Assembly (NCBI GenBank): GCA_964016885.1
Contig: OZ024741.1
Location: 214,892,001-214,956,000, forward strand
DNA from: Eledone cirrhosa
Taxonomy: Eukaryota
Length of the DNA stretch: 64,000 nucleotides
Direction of reading: 5' to 3'
Part shown: positions 55,660-64,000 of the stretch, in pieces
How positions within the stretch are numbered: the stretch's first letter is position 1
Layout of the letters: the number at the start of each line of letters is the position of its first letter
Translations under genes and position numbers: made by a program
Notes under the pieces: model-generated
Databases searched by the model: none
Told to the model about the DNA's origin: nothing
What the model saw: only the letters and a program-made list of their open reading frames with translations

Positions 55660-56940
55660 GCCATACATAATGTAACATTTATACTGTTACATATAAAGTG
55701 CTCTCATACAGAGTACTAAATATATATTATTAACATACATAGAACTACATATAAACTGCTATATACACAGTACTACATACATACATAGTGCTACATATAT
55801 AGTACTATATAGACAGTACTACATACATATATAGTGCTACATGCATCGTACTATGATATATATAATATATCATACATAGTACTACATATATATTATTAAC
55901 ATACGTAGAACTACATACATAGTGCTATATACACAGTACTGCATACACAGTAGTGTATATATAGTACTGCATATATATTACAACATATATAGTGCTACAT
56001 ACATCGTACTATGATACATAGTACATCATATTTAGTACTACAGATATAGTGCTCTCATACACATGACTAAATAGACAATAGTACATACATGATAAACAGC
56101 AATACCATACACAGCAGTACATATATAGTACTACATATATAGTACTACATATACAGTACTATAGAAACAATACTATCATACACAATACTACATAAACCGT
56201 ACTGCCATATATAGCCATACGTAACAATGCTACCACACCGAGCTGCACAATATATAACACTATCATACATAGAATTGTATATACATTACTATCATACATA
56301 ATACTACATACATAGCACCATATACATAGTACTGTATATAAAGTACTATAATACATAATACTACCATACATAGTACTGCATATATAGTACTATATATAAA
56401 GTACTATATTACATAATACTACTATAGATAGTACCACATACATAGTACTGTATATAAAGTACTATAATACATAATATTACCATACTTAGTACTACATACA
56501 TAGTACTATATATAAAGCACTATATTACATAATACTACCATAGATAGCACCACATACATAGTACTGTATATAAAGTACTACCATACAGAGTACCACATAC
56601 ATAGTACTGTATATAAAGTACTACCATACAGAGTACCACATACATAGTACTGTATATAAAGTACTACCATACAGAGTACCACATACATAGTACTGTATAT
56701 AAAGTACTACCATACAGAGTACCACATACATAGTACTGTATATAAAGTACTATCATACAAATTACTACCCTAGATAGTACCACATATATAGTACTGTATA
56801 TAAATTACTATCTTACATAATACTACATACAAAGTACTACATACATAGTACTGTGTATAATTACTCTCATATATAATACTACATAGTACTATAGATACAT
56901 TATTATCGTCCATAAATACGACCATACATGCTATCATATA
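55660..56940. repeat. Degenerate CATAGTAC-based minisatellite with a homogeneous 43-bp array at about 56550-56750
   Basis: CCATACAGAGTACCACATACATAGTACTGTATATAAAGTACTA repeated. Confidence 0.9.
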
Positions 56941-57894
56941 TAATTGTTTCTCCTTTATGCTCAAGGGCAACAATTTTGGGGGAAAGGAAAAGTCGATTAA
57001 ATCGATTACAGTGCATTACTGGTACTTTATTTTATCGACCCCGTAAAGATGAAAGGCAAAGTTAACCTCGGCGGGATTTGAACGTAAAGGGACGTAACTA
57101 TGCTGCAAAGCATGGCGTCCGACCCTCTACCGATACGGCCAACCCACGACTATATAATGCAAGATATATAGTTCTAAACAAAGTGATACCCCTCCGACCC
57201 GCAACATACATAGTGTTATCAAAATATAGCTTAGTTCAAACTTTTAATTCACACGATAACGTCGTTGGCAAAACATTTATCATAAAAGAAGGAAAAAGAT
57301 AAAAACAACTACAACAAATAAATAAATAAAAATAGAATAAAAATTAAAATTTAAATAAAACAAGGAAAAAATAAAATAAAAGGAAAATGAAAACATTTAT
57401 TTCAGATGCCAATTTCTGTATAGCAAAAGTGACATGATAAAAATGTTACTGGCTATAAAGGAACAATTTTCTGTGTTGAGCAAAGTGAAACACAAGGATA
57501 ATGTTTCCGCCTCAGATATACAGCCTTCTATACTAGATTTTTTAGTTTTTATTTTAAAATGCTTCTTAGTATAGTTTATCTGAAGTATTGTGAGATGTGT
57601 ATTACATAATAGAGTGTTGGGAAAGCCGGTAGAATTCGGAAAGAACTATGGAAGAAACGAAAAATGAGGAAAGTACAATACGGATGGAATTGAAGTAAAA
57701 AGGAGGACAAAATAAAATAAGATTATATTTTTACCCTATAAATTTGATATTTCAAAGTAAATACCTTTTCAAATGATGGATGATGAACACAGAAAATAAC
57801 CAAACAAAAAATGAAATACTCTCTTGACACAAAATTTTTCTGTGTTACGTGTGTTAGTCAATGACACATACAACACCGCTGATGCTACCGAAGG

Positions 57895-58820
57895 ACCAAA
57901 TTGTTGAGTTAAACAGCACTGCAGGTTAAATCTACGATCAAAGAACAAAGTGCGGGTGTTAAACTGGACAACAAATGAAGTCTACCAACTATGGACCAGG
58001 TGTTAGTGTTAAACTGGACGATAAATGAAGTCTACCAACTAAGGACAATTGGTAATGTTAAACTGGACGACAAATGCGGTCAACCAACTAAGGACAGGTG
58101 GTAGTGTTAAACTGGACGACAGATGAGGTCAACCAACTAAGGACAGGTGGTAGTGTTAAACTGGACGACAGATGAGGTCAACCAACTAAGGACCTGGTAG
58201 TGTTAAACTGGACGACAAATGAGGTCAACCAACTAAGGACAGGTGGTAGTGTTAAACTGGACGACAAATGAGGTCAACCAACTAAGGACCTGGTAGTGAT
58301 GTTGAACTGGGTGACAGATTATGTCTACTACCCAATGAGCAGGTAGTGGTGTTAAACCCTGTGACAGATTAAGTATGACACCCAAAGACCAGGTGGTGGT
58401 GAGAAACTGGGTGACAGATCAAGTCTACTAAATAAAAACCAGATTATGATGTTAAACTGGACGACGGATCAAGTCTACTACACAAGGACCAGGTAGTTGT
58501 GTTAAACTGGGTGACAGATCAAGTATACCACCCAAAATTCTGGTGGTTATGTTAAACTGTGTGACATATTAAGTCTACCACGCAATGACTAGGTGGTGGT
58601 GATAAACCAGGTGACAGATTAAGTATTACACCCAAAGACCAGATAGTTCTGTTATACTGGACGACATATTAAGTCTACATACAATTCAAGAGCCGGGTGG
58701 TGGTGTTAAACTGGGTGATAGATTAAGTATTTCGTCCAAGAGCTTGTTAGTGGTGTTACACTGGAAAAATAGATCAAGTCTAGATCCAGGTGGTGCTATT
58801 AAACTTGAGGACGGATGAAG
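57895..58820. repeat. 46-49-bp minisatellite, about 19 units
   Basis: GTGTTAAACTGGACGACAGATGAGGTCAACCAACTAAGGACAGGTGGTA and variants. Confidence 0.92.
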
Positions 58821-59264
58821 ATTAACACCGAATTTGGATTTGCAGCTCAACTCTATGATATCGGCATCACGTGGACACTGGTAAACCTGAGTGACTAAGA
58901 AGTTTGCTTCGAAATCATGAGGTCTTTGGTTTGATCCCATAGATTGACATGACATCTTGGAAAAGTGCCTGTACCATAGTGTGAATCCTAAGCCACATGA
59001 GCGACGTTCGGGCGACAGAAACTGTGTGGAAACCCATCGGATCAATTGTATTGGTAATTCAAAGAGCCGGTATTGTCATGTTTCGTCACGTAGATTTAAA
59101 CTCGTTTTAGGAATTACATTGAGTATACTTTCTGAGCATCTATACTCAGAATAGAGAAAATATATGAAACTAAAAATCGTCTCACACGCTCACACGTAGA
59201 CACACACACATACATATATATGTATGTGTATGTGCCCGTGAGTGTGTATATATCTGTGTCTCTC

Positions 59265-59310
<46 letters not shown>

Positions 59311-59808
59311 CATGTATGCGAAAGGTAAACGGAAAATCAACATACGAGGATGATACCGTACAATTGAAGTTATATATGTTAGTTTAAAGCTTGATATATT
59401 ACGAAAAGAGTCTTAACGATTCGGACGGTAGTCCTTCATCAGAAGATAGAATAAGAGATAAACAAAGAAATAGAAAGATAGAAGTGAATGAGAAGATGAA
59501 GAAAAAGGAAATGTTGTTTTCGGAGAGAAGCACGAGTACATTTAGTCAGCCGTTTATATACATATATATATGCGCGCGTGTGTGTATGCAGGTATGTATT
59601 TACGTATGCATGTACGTATGTGCGTAGGCATGAACGCTTGTAAGTGCGTACGTATGTATTTAGACATATATGTATGTATTCCTATATACAGAGATATATT
59701 TCTTTTTCAATAAAAAATGAATACCCGTGATTAATATGAAAAAAAAACAAATTGTTATTGGAAGCATAGACAAGAAATTTTAGTTTTACAGAAACAGATA
59801 GCAGTAGT

Positions 59809-59904
<96 letters not shown>

Positions 59905-60324
59905 TATATATATATAGAGAGAGATATATATTTTCTTACGAGTTATGTACAGACTAAGACATACTTTGAGTCGCTCCCATTTTTTATATGTCTGCAATGG
60001 CAAAGAACACGCTTTCACTGGAAATTTTTCACCTGCCGCTTTCACCTGAATATATCAACACATCCTTCAGAACTTTTTCAGGTATGTAGTATATATTTAT
60101 TGGTTTTATTAAACATTAAGATGACTTTGTTGTACATGACATACCTGCCGCAAACTACGAAGATGAAATACATACATATATATATATATATATATCTGTG
60201 TGTGTGTAAAAGGTAAACAGAAATATATTATTTAAACGCTTAAAATTATATATATATATATATATATAAAATAATTAAGTCAAATATGTAAGATTTGGCT
60301 TCGTTTATTATAAATTATAGATAT

Positions 60325-60373
60325 ACTGCTATTTCGGTGACAGCCATCATTGGCTGTGACCTCTTCAGGCAGT
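60325..60373 (-). ncRNA. Ultra-minimal HHR-like motif lacking stem III
   Basis: ACTGC-CTGAAGA-GGTcACAGCCA atga TGGCTGTcACC-GAAA-TA-GCAGT. Confidence 0.7.
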
Positions 60374-60518
60374 CCGAATTGGTGTGGGAAAGACAGGTAC
60401 ACATGTTGTTGAAGTGTATTTTACTCCGTCAATCCATCGATATGTCCAGCTCCTGGTAGTGTTGTTATTTCTCTGAGGAACTGCATACTGAGGTGTCGGT
60501 AAACAACCAACATATACT

Positions 60519-60594
<76 letters not shown>

Positions 60595-60595
<1 letters not shown>

Positions 60596-60810
60596 TTTAC
60601 ATATATATATACATATATATATACATATACGTGTTTTGCAACGGCTCACTTTGTGGCTCAATGAAAATTTAATAAATTAAATAATCAGAGCTATATATTA
60701 TAAAACATGTCTATAGGATCACAAGATAAAATATATACCATTTCCTCTCCCAAGGGAGAGGAAATGGTATATATTTTATCTTGTGATTCTATAGACATGT
60801 TTTATGATAT
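60595..60810. mobile_element. Truncated fold-back copy of the 670-bp family
   Basis: Matches 23011-23175, then inverts at ~60752 (hairpin 60695-60810). Confidence 0.75.
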
Positions 60811-60842
60811 ATATATATATATATATATTGAGTATATGTTGG

Positions 60843-60912
<70 letters not shown>

Positions 60913-60924
60913 CCAACATATACT

Positions 60925-60960
<36 letters not shown>

Positions 60961-61177
60961 CATGATAGTGAGTAAAATATATATATATATATAATAGTAG
61001 AACTCTGGTGGGTTATAACCGTAGCAGTCCATGGGACGAGTTTGGTAGAAGTAGTTCTACAACAGTTAGTTCACTATACCGAGTTGAGGATCTGAATAAG
61101 GTGAAACATTTAAGTAAACGTTAAGTGGACATATCCAAGAATAAAAGCACTCAGTCCATAGGACGAGTTTAGTATTG

Positions 61178-61326
61178 ATAATTACGACAGTGACATAAAC
61201 AGGTAGTCATGTTTCGTTGGGTCCTGGGCTCCAATTCGTTCAGTCTGTCATGACAGACAGACTGAACGTGTTGGAGCCCAGAACCCAGCGAAACTTGAGT
61301 ACCTGTTTATGCCACTGTGCTAATAA
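61178..61326. mobile_element. Small fold-back element with a degenerate HHR-like motif (61257-61306)
   Basis: ACAGa-CTGAACG-tGTTGG..CCAGC-GAAA-CTTGAG-TA-cCTGT. Confidence 0.5.
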
Positions 61327-61354
61327 TTTATATATATATGTATATATATAAAAT

Positions 61355-61616
61355 TAAATTGGTGCTCTGAAATAGCGATATATATATGAATGTATATACA
61401 GTGTATTTTGCAATACACTGTATGCTTAATTAAAAGCATTTTGAAGACTTTACGCTATTGTTTTAAAGTAGCGACAGTGTCACTTACTTCAATTTTCAGC
61501 AAACAAGGGGGGATAAGCTGACAGAGCTCTGTTTCGTTCTTGTTGGTACTTATCAAAGCTCACTACTCCTCCTGTTTACTGAAAATTATGAATGTTGGAT
61601 TCTGATTTGCTGAAAA
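61355..61616 (-). mobile_element. Third copy of the 320-bp retrozyme-like family; HHR at 61514-61562
   Basis: TGAGCT-TTGATAA-stem II-GAAA-CAGAGCTCTG-TC-AGCTTA. Confidence 0.8.
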
Positions 61617-64000
61617 CACCGTGTAACAAAAAAAAAATGTTTTTCTCTGTTCCTGGCTTGTAATCACTTTTTTTGTGTTGCTTAGATCCCAAATAAAAAA
61701 AAAAGTGCTATTAAACAGTTAAAAGTTGGGGTTTGTAAAAATTCTAAGCTATTCATTAGAATTATTTGTATGCTGGATTTTACGTTGTATGTAAGTTTAA
61801 TTTGCTTATGTTAAAGGATTTTTTTTTATATATGTTTCAGGTTAAATTAAAATTATAAAATAAAGAGTACTACCTAAAGAAAATTATAAAAGTGCAATAA
61901 AATATAAAATTGTTAAAAAGTGAATGAAAGAGATTTATTGATACTGGATTTTCGCACCCTGAATAAAGGGTAAGTTGTGTTTTATGCACGAATTTTCATT
62001 AGTATGATTAGTGTTCTTTTATATTATTTAGATATGTATTTCCCTTTCCAATATTTATTTTGTATTGCATATCAAATTTATTTTGCATTTTAGGTTTCGA
62101 TCATGACATTAAACTTGTAATTAAAAATTTCATTCATTGAACTGCACTGCAATTTAGCACTAAATATAAATTTTTGTTTTCAAAATTTGAGACTTTAGCC
62201 TGAATTACCCTACTTATTTTATACATGTATGTTCATTTAACATGTTTTTCTTTATTCTTTCAGATCTATAAGATCTATATTTTCTGACTGCATATATTTC
62301 TATATTTTTAGAATGGCTTCAAGAGGCTGCCGGCACCACCCTGACTCTTTTTGTTTTATATGCGGTGAGTATATAAAGAAGAGAGGCAAAAAATTCTCCT
62401 TGGAAACGTCGGTGAAGGTTTGTGAAGCCTGCCAGAAGTACTTCGGGATGCCAGTTGGGGACCAGGACAAGGCCTGGGCCCCTCACTCCTGTTGTGAGCA
62501 CTGTAAGAAGATGCTGGAAGGGTGGCTGCGAGGTGAGAAAACGTCCCTGAAATTTTCCAACCCACGGGTCTGGTTAGAGCCAATAGACCACGCCACAAAC
62601 TGCTTTTTGTGCATGGTGGATGTTAGCAAGCGGTGGAAAGGAAAGAATGCTGCTGATGTAGATTATCCAGATCTTCCATCATCAATTGCTCCAATTCCTC
62701 ACTGCTCCAAATATCCCGTGCCAGTGCCACCTGCTCCAGATGAAGTCCAAGACAAGTATTCTGATGAAGAAGAGGAGATGGATGCTGAGGACTTGGATTA
62801 CCTGCCTGAGGTACCAGAAAAAGTTCCTCACTTTTCAAACCAAAAAGAAGTCAAAGACTTGTTCAGGGATATGTGTGTCTGACCAAGTCCAATGCAGAGC
62901 TATTCGTCTCCAGTATGAAGCAGTGGAACTTGGTCAAGGAGGAAGTGCAGGTGACAAGTCAGAGAAGTCGACACGAACCTTTCTCAGGCTTTTACACTCT
63001 TAGGAATGGCCCCTGCTTCTACCATGGCGTGCCTGGACTGTTTGACGTTATTGGGGTGCCGTTTGTGCCCAAGCAGTGGCGGCTATTTATAGACAGCTCC
63101 ACCACAAGTTTGAAGGCTGCCTCTAGCTCATTCAGTCTGTCTGAAGGAAGATTACTACAGTGTAAAAGTCCTCTTGGAAGCTCTGCAATACAACCAGTAC
63201 AATTGGGAAATCATTGGCGACTTCAAGATGGTGGCTTTCCTGCTTGGACTCCAAGGAGGCTTTATCAAATTTCAATGCTTCCTCTGCCTTCGGGACAGCA
63301 GAGTCACCTCTGACCACTACAAAAGAAATAACTAGGAGCAGCGAACATAATTTGTAGTTGGGACCCGGAACGTCATGTGGGAGCCATTGGTTGATCCAAG
63401 GATTGTGCTCATGCCGCCACTGCACATTAAGTTGGGGTTGATGAAGCAGTTTGTAAGGGCTCTCAACCAAGAATCAGCCGCTTTTAAGTACCTTCTTGTG
63501 TTCTTCCCCAAGTTATCTGAGGCCAAAATCAAAGGTGGAATTTTTGTTGAACCTCAGATAAAGAAGGTGTTTGAGTCTACCGAGTTCTCCAATAAGCTCA
63601 ATAGGATTGAGAGAACAGCATGGAACTGTTTCAAGGCAGTTGTTAATGGCTTCCTGGGCAACTACAGAGCTGAAAACTACCAGCAACTGGTGCAGGATCT
63701 GATAAAGGCTTTTTGGCGCCATAGGATGCAGGATGTCGCTTAAACTCCAAATGCTGGACGCTCACCCGGAAAAATTCAAGGACAATATGGGCGCCTACTA
63801 AGAAGAACAAGGCGAACGATTTCACCAAGATGTTAAAGAGATAGAGCGGAGGTACCTGGGCCACTACAATGAAAAAATGATGGGGGACTATATCTGGGGG
63901 CTAGTGCGGGAATGCGACCTGGACTGCAACCGCAAATCCAGGAAATCCAGTAATTTCTGACATGTATAAGTTGCTTTATAAGTGTTATTTGTTTTTACTT
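61617..64000 (+). mobile_element. Chapaev3-like DNA transposon (runs off the window)
   Basis: Starts CACCGTGTAACAA (CAC terminus) and contains a transposase pseudogene. Confidence 0.75.
62313..63960 (+). pseudogene. Frameshifted Chapaev3-like transposase
   Basis: MASRGCRHHPDSFCFICGEY..WAPH..C..C, WRLFIDSS, GDFKMV, MPPLHIKLGLMKQFV, QGERFHQD..ERRY..MMGDY.W, spread over several frames. Confidence 0.85.

Noticed and set aside
57895-58820. Regularly spaced GTGTTAAACTGG repeats resembling a CRISPR array
   Set aside because: The intervening sequences are homologous to each other (tandem minisatellite), there are no cas genes, and the context is eukaryotic

Overview
AT-rich, microsatellite-dense animal genomic DNA. 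The SINE types and (AT)n/(CATA)n/(GT)n density suggest a cephalopod such as Octopus, but this is inference. There is no confidently identified host gene, only a few weak candidate exons. The window is dominated by retroelements. (1) A very young, near-intact Penelope-like element (PLE; RT + GIY-YIG) at 13850-22974, built as an inverted copy plus a partial tandem. Each pseudo-LTR carries a minimal hammerhead ribozyme (HHR), and a single in-frame TGA interrupts the 1267-codon ORF. (2) A second PLE remnant (Naiad-like GIY-YIG) with HHRs. (3) The main hidden signal: more than 20 type I HHR or HHR-like motifs from about a dozen apparently unrelated sequence families. They sit in short fold-back or partial-tandem units embedded in (AT)n tracts. 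Two are apparently non-coding retrozyme-like monomers (about 320 bp and about 670 bp) with covarying stems, palindromic stem III and core variants. (4) RTE-clade LINE fragments with C2H2 or PHD fingers, and bipartite RTE derivatives. (5) An R4/Dong-type REL LINE sitting in (CATA)n. (6) tRNA-derived SINEs, a 5S rRNA copy, MITEs, two minisatellites and a decayed Chapaev3-like DNA transposon. All structures were read by eye, so coordinates may be off by a few bases.
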